A DNA stretch of 64,000 nucleotides from Eledone cirrhosa (taxonomy: Eukaryota): NCBI GenBank assembly GCA_964016885.1, contig OZ024740.1, positions 320,540,001-320,604,000 of the forward strand, given 5' to 3'. The notes under the pieces are model-generated. The model made no database searches. It saw nothing but the letters and a program-made list of their open reading frames with translations, and was not told where the DNA came from. Of the stretch, positions 13,603 to 29,326 are shown in pieces. Positions within the stretch are counted from its first letter, which is position 1. Every line of letters starts with the position of its first letter. A program made the position numbers and the translations under genes.

Positions 13603-14329
13603 CTGTAATGAAAAGACACAAAGGAAATATTAAGGTCATTAATAAATGTCTAAAGAGAAAACGAGTAAAATTAATAGCTATTTATTCGTCTTTATTTTCC
13701 TTTTAAACATAAAATACAAACACATTTCTGCCAAAATAACGGAAATATCTGTTGTCTATTTAAGACCTTTAAGACTGCCTTGCCAATCTCTATTAAAATC
13801 TATATTATAATGTTTGTCAAAAACATAGATGCAAAGTGTTCTATAGTTATTGATAACATTGATGAAACAAATCAAAACTACTATAAACACAAGATTTAGA
13901 GTCTATATATGTTATCTGCTCAATTCATAACAGCTCACACATAGAAAGTATTCAACTTTCATTCCATACAAAGTTGTGTTCGTTCATGAACGTATGTGTG
14001 TGTGTGTGTATAAAGCAATTTTTCTCTGCTTTCAAGTAAATGGGAAATGCTCTAGACAACAGTGAGAAAAGTGAAAAATTAGTGCTTTGCAAACATTCCC
14101 GGAGATATTTGTTCTGCAACAAGTTACAAACACCTCCTTGTTAATATTTCCATTGGGAACCTGTAAACAGCAATGCTGTTCCATGAAGAGTCCTCCTGAC
14201 ACTTTGGCAAGTTTTCTATGACTTGATGCCCTTCCTGTTCTCAATCATTTTAAAGAATGTACTGGGTGCATTTATCGTGTAGATCATCAACATTAGTGAG
14301 GTTGCCATATCCTTGACACAACTGAAGAA

Positions 14330-15250
14330 TACTCAGTTCATTTCTTTCTAGCCCTCACAGATCTTCTCCAGTTAAGGCCCAAGTCTCACTGCCATGTAGC
14401 ATCACAGTATGTTTTCAAACATCATACAGTGTACCCTTCACACTGAGAAAGAAGCCCTTTGTTGTCAGCTGAAGTACTAGTTCCCTAACCTCTTTCAGCC
14501 TGTTTTAACTCTAGCTACACTTTCTGATCATACACCTCCCCACTGAAAATCAGGTCACCTAGGTAACAAAAGTTGTCAACTGCTTGAGAGCCGCTTAAGT
14601 AATTGAGGTCATCTATTTCACAAGTGTCCTTGATACTTATTTCACCTGAATATCTACTGCACACAAAGTCTACCTTTTCTTTTAACCTGCCTGTAATCCC
14701 ATTATATCTCTTGTGTATCCATATATGGCACTGTGTGCATCCTATGGTACTTCTGTCTACTCCTTTTAGACTATCAAGCAAGGTCATCTTTCTCACTTAA
14801 GACTTTAGTTGAAATAAATAGGAAATTTTACTTTTAGGCTTTTCACTTTTACGTTTTTCTTCGATGACTGGATTTTTGCCTCTAACTCTTCTACCAATTC
14901 AGTTATAATGACTAGGTTATCAACATATAGAAGTTACGATAGGCAGCCAATCTTAAACTCCTCTGTTACGACCTGAAGAACAATGATGAACAGGAGAGGA
15001 TTGAAGACGAAGCCCTAGTGGATACCCATTTGCCTTTCAAATTCCTTGCTGTCAGTGCCGGATTTACTATCGTGCTTAGGTGTACTTAAGCACAGGGCCC
15101 CGTTGGCCCCGGGGGGGGGGGGGGGGGGGGGGGCATCTTCTTGCCATAAACATTTTTTACGATGAATTTTTCTAATGTTTGGGAAGGTCTCATTTGTCCT
15201 AAATCTGGCACTGCTTGCTGTACTCGTTGCCAACTTTCACATCTTCACTA
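14330..15250 (-). mobile_element. Degraded RTE LINE RT fragment interrupted by a hAT MITE
   Basis: CTQCHIWIHKRYNGITG and DNFCYLGDLI. Removing 15053-15221 restores VKVGNEYSKEF..GIH. Confidence 0.8.
15053..15213. mobile_element. hAT-type MITE (161 bp)
   Basis: TIRs CAGTGCCGGATTTA / TAAATCTGGCACTG; perfect 8-bp TSD CTTGCTGT at 15045-15052 and 15214-15221. Confidence 0.88.
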
Positions 15251-15400
15251 TGACTGTAGTTTTAATTAATCAAGATCTTTTTCGTTTACTGGGGATATTA
15301 ACATCAGATTAACTATTTGGTTTTCAAACAGTAAGTATCCCTGGATATTTTCCCCCGGCCATTCATATTTAGTTATCACCCAATACTCATTCACTGAAAT

Positions 15401-15457
<57 letters not shown>

Positions 15458-16028
15458 TAACCTAAGATCTAGCAGTAGCGATTAGACTAATAACATGAGA
15501 CACATGTCTGGAGTTGTTATCGTATTGCCAAAGATTAAACTTATTCTCCGTAAGATTGTATGGAGTAATTGATATACAAAGTTTTCAATTGTTCAAACAC
15601 AATTTAGTTACAATTATTATTATAAGCTGCTGGTATAAAACAAAGAATAAATCAGCTTAGAAATAGAGTTAATATTGATTTCTTCTTTTGGCACAGTGTG
15701 CTTCTTTCTTTTTTCATTTGTCTAATCGATCTCACCAACATAATATTACTGGTGTTTATTTAATCAACTCAAGAGGGATGAAAGGCTAAATCAATACTGT
15801 TAACATTATAACATAGATTAAATTATACCTTATTTTAGTATACTAAAATAATGTAAATTATGATGGTGGATCCTCCGTCGATTTTGTCGATTAGGTATTC
15901 AGTCGTTCGATTAACTGAAAGTTCGACACGTGAATTAACGTGTAAGTTGTAATTTTTTATTATTCACAGTTGTATAAATAACATTACGAATTAGGAAAAA
16001 CTAATCGTTCACGGATTTTTGATTAAAA

Positions 16029-16096
16029 AAACATTTTCCTATCCTGTAAAATGTTGAACATGGTTGTTCAACATTTTACAGGATAGGAAAATGTTT
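16029..16096. repeat. Perfect 32-bp inverted repeat with a 4-nt loop
   Basis: aaacattttcctatcctgtaaaatgttgaaca-tggt-tgttcaacattttacaggataggaaaatgttt. Confidence 0.95.
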
Positions 16097-17039
16097 CACA
16101 ATGTTGGAGGCAGTTTGTGATGAAATGAAATATTTAATAATACAGGTGTAACCGTCAACATAATATTGAAAATTGAAAATATAAACACATATAATGGTTC
16201 CTGATTTAGGCACAGGTCCAACAATTTGGGGGGAGGGGAAAGTCGATTAAATTGACCCCCTGTGCGTTACTCTTACTTTATTTTATCGACCCCGTAAGGA
16301 TGAAAGGCAAAGCCAACCTCAAAGTAATTGAACATTTCCGACACGTGTACTGTTAACGTAACTCCCGGTCAGGATCAATATGACAAGATTGGATTTTGAA
16401 TTACAATCAATCCGACGTGCTTCCACAGGTTCCGTCAACCCAATTTCACTCATATGGCAAGGGTCAACATCTGCCTAAGATGACACGCAGTAGGGTCGAA
16501 CTTGGGAATATAAATTATACATACACTGTAAATATATACACATATATAGATGCTTGTTTATATGCACAAGCACATATTCATAAATTGCATTAAAAATAGT
16601 TTCGACACGTGTGTATGTGTGTCTTCGCTTCATATATGCAGGGTGTCCAAAAAGACAATGTATTCACACTTCGACAACATTCTAATAAATATTGCCTGCA
16701 CAGGTAATGAAAGTATGTATACATTTTTGGATAACACCTTGTATACAGGAGGAGGGTTTGTAAGAGTCTACATATAGGCGGGGAGGGTATATAAGTGTCT
16801 GTGTTCGGTAAACTCTGTGATGCACGGAGAAATTGCTGAACACTTACATACATATATACATTCATACATACAAACACCGCCAGATTTAGTTATTTGTTTG
16901 CTATTTCTTAATAAAATAAACAACCACAATGAGACACACTGTAATAAATATACGGCAGGTTCAATCTACACAAATGTACGTGTGTCACTTATAATTAAGG
17001 TAAGTTTCCTTATCAACCCACGCTAAACGTTTTACTTAC

Positions 17040-17117
17040 TATAAATCTGTTGGCCTCGTCTAAGCGCAAAGCATCGTGGACATTTTTTAGTACAACATTT
17101 AACTCCGAGCGGTCCAT
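17040..17117 (-). CDS. VPS9D1: VPS9 domain-containing protein 1-like, coding exon 1 (MDRSELNVVLKNVHDALRLDEANRFI)
   Basis: Manual translation: ATG at 17117 (caaagATGg), 26 codons, phase-0 GTAAGT donor. Joins in frame to the 13530-13602 exon and resembles the VPS9D1 N-terminal MIT-like helix (human, as recalled: ..AIELDTGNRPREAY..). Confidence 0.8.
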
Positions 17118-17394
17118 CTTTGAAGTTTAGTATAATATAATTTAACCGAAATGTCGTTACTATCTTCAATGGGTTTAAAGAGCTGTTATCTTCATATAAC
17201 TGTTTCTCGCCCAGATATGTCACAACTGACAACAAACAATAAATTATTTGTTTTTAAGTCAAAGCGAGACTCCAAAACGGAAGTCTCTCTCTCTCACTCT
17301 CTCTCCATCTCTTTCTTCTATCTATCTCTTTTCTCTCTCTCTCTAGTGTTGGATTGTTAGAAAAGCTGTCTGTTACTATTCATATTTATTATTT

Positions 17395-17990
17395 AATCTT
17401 CTTTTTCTTTGGGCACCATTCCCGAGAGAGTCGTAAAAGCAGAGTCCCCAAACACTCCCTCCTCGAGCAGGTCCTATTAAAAACAACCGTCTCCAACTGA
17501 TACATCTGGATCCCCAAGCAAGACCAGCCAAGCTCATGAATGTTATCCAACCTTCTTGCTCGAGGTCTACCTCTGCGTCTCCTGCCGGCTGGTTTTGCCC
17601 ACAAAATCTGTCCAGCAATTCTTTCCTGAGACATTCTAACCACATGCCCATAGTATCAGAGCTGTGATCTTTCAATTCTGAGAAGTTGCAGTTCTAGCTT
17701 TTGTGACTCTGATCTCCAAGCTATGCACTCTATCAAATAACATTACTCCAAAGACCCTTCAGAGGAACCCCATTTCGGTCGCTCGTATTTGCGATTGTAT
17801 TGTTTCGGTCATTACTCAAGATTAATGACTGTAAGGGTTAGTACATATACCGAATTGAATATAACGAGTTTGGCTTTTACACCTACCCCCCCCCCCCCTT
17901 CTTCTGATTACCGAATGCCGAAGCTGACATATTACTGCACCAGCTCCTGCAATTCATGCACTTAATTCAGCCTCCTGCCTTCTTATTAAT
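17395..17990 (-). mobile_element. RTE LINE 3' fragment. Related pieces at about 58560-58805(+) and 37490-37617(+, with (GAA)n tail)
   Basis: HVVRMSQERIAGQILWAKPAGRRRRGRPRARRLDNI C-terminal motif; shared with the 58.6 kb copy. Confidence 0.7.
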
Positions 17991-18467
17991 AACTGCATTG
18001 TTTCTTTCAGGAACTATGTTGAAAAATTAACCTCATTTTGTCATTCCTTGTGAGTATCTTGGTCAGCCTATGAACTTTTCAGCTGACCCTTGCAGATGAA
18101 TGGATTTTTCAGAGCCATGCAAAGTAGACAGAGATGCGATCAATAATATGGTTATTAGTTCAGTCATGAATTTAATGTGCCTATAGTTTTGTGTATTAGG
18201 GCTCACGGAGGAATACGACAAGTAAAAAACCTGCCAAACAAAGAGTTGGGAGGACTCTTCAGCTGTGTCAAAGATATGACAACCTCACCAGAGCTGATAC
18301 CATGATAAAATGCACTCTGTAGAACATACGAACACATGTAAGCAAAATGCAGGCCCTTGGCATATCTCAGAAGTTAGTATCACTGCTTGAGTGATGACTT
18401 GGTTTGTAATGACCTATCTAAGCCCTTGCAAGTAAGGAAAATGGATGTTAAATGATGATGATATATA

Positions 18468-18547
18468 CAGGGTGTGAGGGATATTTGAGGACATGTTTGG
18501 TATAATATACTGAAAATACAGTGTCCTCAAATATCCTTCATACCCTG
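18468..18547. mobile_element. Tc1/mariner-type mini-MITE (80 bp)
   Basis: TA|CAGGGTGTGAGGGATATTTGAGGACA ... TGTCCTCAAATATCCTTCATACCCTG|TA. A more decayed CAGGGTG-ended element lies at about 16638-16741. Confidence 0.75.
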
Positions 18548-18775
18548 TATATCTATATATAGAACAATTTACCATATATGGTAGTGATCCATCCACAATT
18601 GTTTACTTGACAATATGGATCAATACCATATATCAACCAGGAAGTGGAGAATCAACACCAAAAACCTCTTGGTCAAATTATCACCATATTACATCACTAC
18701 AACTTATACAGTTGAGAGCTGTCTGAAAAAAATTTTATCTGAAGGTTTAAAATTATGTAATAAATAAAACCTTTA

Positions 18776-19160
18776 CAGATACTTCAATCTTTTCTAGATA
18801 AATACTGAAATCTTTTCTAGACAAATATTTAAATCTTTCTAGACAAATATTTAAATCTTTTCTAGAAAAATACTGAAATCTTTTCTAGACAAATAGTTAA
18901 ATCTTTTTTAGAGAGATATTTAAATCTTTTCTAGATAGATATTTAAATCTTTTCTAGATAGATACTAAAATTTTTTCCAGGCAGATACTTAAATCTTTTC
19001 TAGACAGATACTTAAATTTTTTCTAGACAGACACTTCAATCTTTTCTAGACAAATAATAAAATCTTTTCTAGATAGATACTAAAATCTTTTCTAGACAAA
19101 TATTTAAATCTTTTCTAGACAGATATTTAAATATTTTCTGGACAGACTTCAATCTTTTCC
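18776..19160. repeat. Minisatellite, ~23-bp unit (AAATCTTTTCTAGACAAATATTT), about 17 copies
   Basis: Repeating aatcttttctaga core at ~23-bp spacing. Confidence 0.92.
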
Positions 19161-20042
19161 TGTCATCATTCAGTGACAAAGATTGTAAATGATTGTATAA
19201 AACATCAATTCTATGATGCTTTGCACCACAATCATTTACATTTGCAGCTACATTTGCATCATCTACATATTCAGAAACTATAGCTAAAGCTCCACCCTCA
19301 ACATTGTAGAGGAATTATGTTATCTGGCAGTGTTTGATAATCTAAAAATTTATTGTGAAGTTTTCAACTTCACTTGCTGAATTAAAACAATTTTAAAAAG
19401 TTACTGTATCTATCAACCAAAAAAGTAACCTGGGAAAACTGAACTAGCACTTTTTCTGTAAAAATAATAAAGGATGCATTTGCCAGGAACTCACTCTTGG
19501 AAAGTATTTTAACTTTTTTTTTTATACGAACCTGCCTGAAACTGCTCCTGGTTCTATGATACAAAACTATCTATCTTAAAATGTTTATATTTATCTAAAA
19601 ACATTCTGTCATTGTAAGAACCTGCGTAGAGTCATGTTCCAGACATTTAATAAGAAAGTTATATAAATAAATCCCTTCAAAATGTTGATTATTTTCAAAA
19701 TTATTTAAAAATTATAAGCAGTATCTTTCATTAGAAATCTAATAATGAAAGAGACTTTGATATATCCCCACACTGTAAATGTGGTTGGTGTTAGGAAGGG
19801 CATCCAGCTGTAGAAAACCCGCCAGACAGTCCTATGCGAGCAAGACAATCACTCTTGCCTCAAGTGGGAAAACCCCCGTCCAAACCCATGCAAGCGTGGA
19901 ACACGGACGTTAAACGTTGATGATGATGATGATGATGATATAAATTCGAGTATGTGTTGGTTAATTACTGATACTTCAGTATGCAAGGTAGAGCACTCAA
20001 CAAAGTGTGCAGGTGGATCTGTTTATTCCGGAGTATATTTAA

Positions 20043-20470
20043 AAACAAGAAGTGTAAGTCAACAGGTTAAAATTAACTTTGTTTATTCACATCCGCTGTT
20101 ATATATATTTCGGTGATAACCATTATGCAACAGCTGTGACCTCATCAGATAGCTAAAATTTGAACAGAAAAAACAGAAATATAACAATGGAATAAAGCTT
20201 ACTTCTGTTATTTCGATTTTTCGATATGCCCAGCAGTTATGTAACTTCATAATATTAGATTTTTTTATATGCTCAGCACTGAGCATATAAAAAAAATCGA
20301 AATAACAGAAGTAAGCTTTACTTCATCGCTATGTTTTTCTGTTCTTTCTATTCAAATTCTAGCTGTCTGATGAGGTCATAGCTGTATAATGGTTATCACC
20401 AAAATATATATAACAGTGATTATGAATAAATGAAGCAAATTTTAACCTGTTGACTTACACTTCTTGTTTA
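20043..20470. repeat. Long imperfect inverted repeat (~180-bp arms), Penelope-like
   Basis: aaacaagaagtgtaagtcaacaggttaaaatt.. versus ..aattttaacctgttgacttacacttcttgttt; hammerhead motif in each arm. Confidence 0.88.
20095..20153 (-). ncRNA. Hammerhead ribozyme motif in the left arm of a Penelope-like foldback (mirror copy at 20362-20417 has GAAA changed to AAAA)
   Basis: Minus strand: gctat-CTGATGA-ggtcacagc..gttatcacc-GAAA-tatata-TA-acagc. Confidence 0.55.
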
Positions 20471-20545
20471 TATATATATATATATATATATAGGTTTCTG
20501 CCCCTGCTCACTCTATCTTTCTATTCCTTCTTTAATTTCTCATTC

Positions 20546-20585
20546 TATTTTCTGATGAAGGACTAGCGTCCGAAACAGTAAGACT
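20546..20585 (+). ncRNA. Hammerhead core motif in a Penelope-like repeat (decayed copy at about 34880-34996, minus)
   Basis: CTGATGA-a-GGAC(tagc)GTCC-GAAAC-agTA; stems I and III are weak. Confidence 0.5.
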
Positions 20586-20845
20586 TTTTTCCTTCTATAA
20601 AAAAGCCTAAAACTAATATATTTTTCATTGTACTGTATCATTTGCTTTTTTATTTCCGTTTACTTTTTCCATACACACACACATATATATATACACACAC
20701 TATTCTTTAAGGTAGGACAGATAATGTTGTTAGAACTCAGTGTAGTGTAGATATGAATATCTCATCGAAACAATGTGAAATCTGTTTTTATGGGAAAATA
20801 GTATTTTATTGTGTGATGTTGTGCATTCAAGGAACCACAGAGTCG

Positions 20846-21192
20846 GATATAATAGGTTGAACAATGACAAACAAAAAGACGAGGTTCATAGTTTAATTAA
20901 TCTATTATTTTACGATCGCTTCAAAGGGGTGAGATGATGCATAATATTGATATACTGATTAATCGATAGCAGTTATGTAATTTCATAATATTAGATTTGT
21001 TTCTGAGGATAATCGTCGAGGTGGACGTCTTTTGTCGAGGTTTATAATATGAAGTTACATAACTGCTATGGGTTAGTCAACATATTGATATTATCATGGT
21101 TCGTTTTACCCTTTGAAACGATCGTAAAACAATAGATTATTAATCAAGCAATGAAATTCGCCTGTTTTGTTTTCATTGTTCAACTTATATAT
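20846..21192. repeat. Long imperfect inverted repeat (~145-bp arms)
   Basis: gttgaacaatga..tttacgatcg..tagcagttatgtaa versus ttacataactgcta..cgatcgtaaa..tcattgttcaac. Confidence 0.82.
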
Positions 21193-23627
21193 TGTATTTA
21201 CATTAGACGATTTTATAATAATAATAAAAAAAATAGTGGCATACCTATATAATAGCATCGGAAATTATCCGGCTTTGTATTTTATTTGTTGTTGTTTAAA
21301 TGGTTTTGGGATTGAATATATAATTTTAAAAAATAGGATGAGGGACTATTTAAAACAACAACAATCAGTATTTTTACAGACTTTGAAATAAACTAGAAGA
21401 AACACAAAATCGTAGTTGCAGGACTCTTAAAATGCTGAAGTTTTCGGAAAATGTGTGATGAGAAAGCAAATGATTGAAATTCCTGCATAATGCGTGAAGG
21501 TTGACAAGCCTGCCCTTGTTCTGCGCAATCAGGTCAATCAGCTCCGACCTTGGGCTAAACAACAACAGCTTGCTATCCCCATCAGAAGATAAAACATTAC
21601 AAGTTATTTATATAAGTAAAATTGTTTTCGCAGATTCCCACATTTTCATAGCGAGGCAACTGTTATTACATCCCAATCGATGTACAATGATTGTGGTGTT
21701 GAAGTAATAGTTAAGTTTTATGTCCAGTCCAACGACTTAACACCACCACGATACACGTAAATAAATACTCCACCCCTTACTAGCTGGGGAAAATGATAAC
21801 GATGATGTTGATGACGACGACTTAAATATTTGACATACAGTTACATTTCAATACATTTGTAATGAGTTTACAATGAACTTCATCGTTTTATATCTGTATC
21901 GATATTATGAATCGATTGATATGTTCTCCAATCATTTTCACGTATCATATTTTTACATTTGAACAGGACAGTGTTATGGCAATTAAGAGTTATATTAATG
22001 ATTTGAGAGTTCAGTCTTAGTTCTAGTATAGTATATATTTTAAAATATATGTATGTAAAAGGTATGCCCAGTCGTATAATACTGCCATAAATATTAAAGG
22101 ACCATATATTATATAAAAAGAAAAGAATACTGGTGTCTGGCTATGGGTCAACCCTATTTGAACACACCTATTATCAAAAGCATTACAGTTGTGAATATCA
22201 TTTTATTTTTTTTAATCTAGAGCTACATTTTTAAATTGAAATGGTAGTGGTAGAAACTTTGGGGGTTACTTCTGAGACCACTCCATGTTGCAAAGGAGTT
22301 CTAGTAATTCAAGCTTCAGGTTCGCTACTGCAATAGTGTTGTGGTATAGGAAGGAAATTTGACTGCTATTTCTAGCAGGTAGAGTGATGACACAAGCTCC
22401 TTTCTTATAGGTTCGTGAAATATATAATATTGACTAGTTTTATAGTAAATGTATTAAAGAGTAGAATGGTCCCGTTCCGTGATAAAGTTCTGACCGAACA
22501 CTTAATTTCTTATGTATAATGTCTAAAATTTACTGATAAAGTGTCAGGTTCCGGACTTTCTGAAGAATATTACTAGAATCTTATCTTACGTCTACACCAA
22601 AGCATTCAACACAAAAGATCGAACATTGTCAGGATAAATTTAATAAGGAAAAAGTATTTGAAGTATTTGATTAGAAAGGTAAAAACTGAAATAGTTCGTA
22701 GAATCAGTAAGTTTATTTATTCTGAAATATTTGCCATTTCCTAGTTCATGAGTAAGCGGAAGGAAAATAAACAAGAACTAGAGTTCGTTCACCAATAAGT
22801 CTGACATTTAAAGTTTAGGTTTAAAGCTGCCATTCGCATCACGTAGAGCACAGAAATGTCAACATGCTTGTATTTTGTACAGAATTCTTTTGTTTTTTAA
22901 ACAACATAATAAATAATTACACAATATTTTTTTTTTTTATAAATATAATCCTAATCAATAGGTTGGGGTTTTCCTTATAACCTACGCGTATTTTTAATTT
23001 AATATCCATTTGTATGAACATTTATATGTAGCATAGTTAAAAACTAAATGTTCATTTTTTGAAAATACGATAAATAACCAGAATTAAAAATAAACTATTA
23101 TTATTATCAAGACTAAAAAAATATTGCTTTCCGGGAAACAAATAACCTGTGGCTATAAACATTGGGGATAAGAGCAGTCTTAATAAAAAGAGACTTTCTG
23201 GCAAGGGATTGTTTACATTATTAGTTTTACAGTATCATACAGAAATAGAAGCATGTTGAGAAGACATTTAAAGTATTAAGTAATAAACAGTAGAAACTTT
23301 GTTCCGAATAAGATTTTTATATAAAGGAACCATTGTTTTAGAATAGATACTGGCAGTGAGTGAAAAAAAAAACATTTCTTTTCGAACTATTCATTTCCCA
23401 TACAAACACCATAATTTCTAGCACTCACACTATATATAATTATCCAAACACACATATTAAATAAAGTTACATATATACAGGCATAAAGTCAAAGATTAGC
23501 AAGAAAAATCAGGTTTTCTGCATGTTTATGAATATATTAATGATATTATATATAAATGTTATTTATCAGAAGCTAAAGCTTCACAATCGTTACTCCAAGT
23601 TTCGCGTTGCTGATGTTCAGACGATAA

Positions 23628-23684
<57 letters not shown>

Positions 23685-24000
23685 TTTAATAATATATTTT
23701 ACAAGTAGCACATAAGTATCAGTACTATTAAAATCTTAAACACTGAAAAGACTAGTTTCGTTTAATAGATTCTTAGAACAAATAACTTAGTGGTTTGATT
23801 ATTAACTCGACAAACTTTTATTTATGTAAACAAAACATTCTTAGTGTTGCAATATAAATTACTTGGTCCTTTGCAGTAGAATAGAGATTAGGAAATTGTT
23901 AAAGTTTGTAATATATCTTGGCCAAAGACACTAGGAATAACAATCATTTCAACAATTTCTTAAAACAATTCCAGTTTTTATGAGTTTGAATTTTTTTAGC

Positions 24001-27976
<3,976 letters not shown>

Positions 27977-28065
27977 GTTACAATGTGTATATACACTGAC
28001 AGGCAATGGGCGGCTGCTTCTATAGAGCGAAAAAAAAATGTAACTTTCCTGTTTAAAAGAAAAGA

Positions 28066-29244
28066 TCAATGCCAAAGGATAGTGCCTCGTCTTGTAAAAT
28101 CTACTGACATACTGTTACAATTGGGTTCAGGTTCATTGACAGAAACATCAACTTTAGTCCATTGTTTAGTCTTGTTTGATTTACGTATGGCATCTACAAC
28201 TGCCTGTACATAAAGTGCATCTTCAAAGTTTGAAGCAGACGCTACGGGTTCCGGATGCCAATTTTGCCTCTCCTCTTCTTTCTCAAAGGCATCCTTAACA
28301 GCTTCAATCATATGAATTAGTCCTTTAAGGTAAGGACTTGGTATTTCAGTCCGTGCTTTCGGAGAAATTCCATATCTCTCCTCTTCTTTTATAGGGTCAA
28401 AATGAATCAGAGATTCTCGTGTGGCATTTAATCTTTGTTCGTATAAATCCGAGCCACGGGCTATCAACCGTCCTTTCCGACCACAAACAAGAATCTCTTG
28501 TACAAATTGTCCAGTTATATGAGAATTTAGCGTAACATTTACACAGGCACCTTTATCAAGTTCCATCTGAAAAGTGCAAAAGTCATCACTTGTAATTTCT
28601 CTAATTCCCTTGATGTTTTGTGTTTGCTTTGTATACGTTTTGAGCATGCCGTGAACACGAACGGCCCGTTCCGAAGTCAAAAAAGTTATAACATCAATGA
28701 TGTTACTTCCGAAGGTATTCAGAACTCCTCCACCCATTCCTTCATCACACATCCAATCGTATTTTTCTTTTGGTAGTCCACCGTAATGAACTTTCACTTC
28801 ACAAATAGTAATATTTCCCAGGCAGCCCTCTTCGATAATCTTTTTCATTTTAACGATAGTTGGCAAGAAACGGAGACCATAACACATAAGTGACATAAGT
28901 CTGGGATAATAGCGAGCTGCTTTCACCATGAGTAAGGCATTTAGCTGCATCGGTCCGGACGGAGAACTGCAGAGCACATGTTTACCAATACCAAGTGCCT
29001 TATCAGCAATGTAAGACTGGCTGTGAGGTGGGCAACCAATAACTACAAGATCAACATCTTTCCGTAATAATACATCGTCGACTTTGTGAGTGCTAAATGG
29101 AATGTCCAGCTCGGCAGCTAGTGTTCGAGCATCTAAGTTTTCACTGCCCCATAATGCAACGACGGGGAAACCGCACACTTTGAGGATTGGTACAAATGAT
29201 TGAATAGTAGCTGTGGTCCCGAAAACACCAACCCCGGGTAGCAT
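28066..29244 (-). CDS. GFOD1: Glucose-fructose oxidoreductase domain-containing protein (GFOD1/2-like, Gfo/Idh/MocA family), single coding exon, 392 aa
   Basis: ORF from ATG 29244 starts [10 protein letters not shown] like GFOD1/2. It contains [25 protein letters not shown] and [14 protein letters not shown] motifs. The ORF-track start at 29313 is an upstream TTG and is not used. Confidence 0.93.
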   Translation of the reverse strand: MLPGVGVFGTTATIQSFVPILKVCGFPVVALWGSENLDARTLAAELDIPFSTHKVDDVLLRKDVDLVVIGCPPHSQSYIADKALGIGKHVLCSSPSGPMQLNALLMVKAARYYPRLMSLMCYGLRFLPTIVKMKKIIEEGCLGNITICEVKVHYGGLPKEKYDWMCDEGMGGGVLNTFGSNIIDVITFLTSERAVRVHGMLKTYTKQTQNIKGIREITSDDFCTFQMELDKGACVNVTLNSHITGQFVQEILVCGRKGRLIARGSDLYEQRLNATRESLIHFDPIKEEERYGISPKARTEIPSPYLKGLIHMIEAVKDAFEKEEERQNWHPEPVASASNFEDALYVQAVVDAIRKSNKTKQWTKVDVSVNEPEPNCNSMSVDFTRRGTILWH

Positions 29245-29309
29245 GGTGTTTGAGTGTTCTCCAAGAACAAAGTTGATCAATTTCTTCCAACGAGTTAAGA
29301 TAAACAATG

Positions 29310-29326
29310 TCAATGCGCCATGTTGT
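29310..29326 (-). promoter_or_regulatory. YY1-like motif / minimal uORF upstream of GFOD
   Basis: Minus strand acaacATGGCGCATTGA: resembles CAANATGGCG and encodes M-A-H-stop, 77 nt upstream of the main ATG. Confidence 0.4.

Noticed and set aside
14032-14160. Possible extra minus-strand exon after a tttacAG acceptor
   Set aside because: No convincing donor or homology, and exons 1 and 2 already join seamlessly.
29245-29313. N-terminal extension of the GFOD ORF in the ORF track
   Set aside because: It starts at TTG; family homology begins at MLPGVG (ATG 29244).
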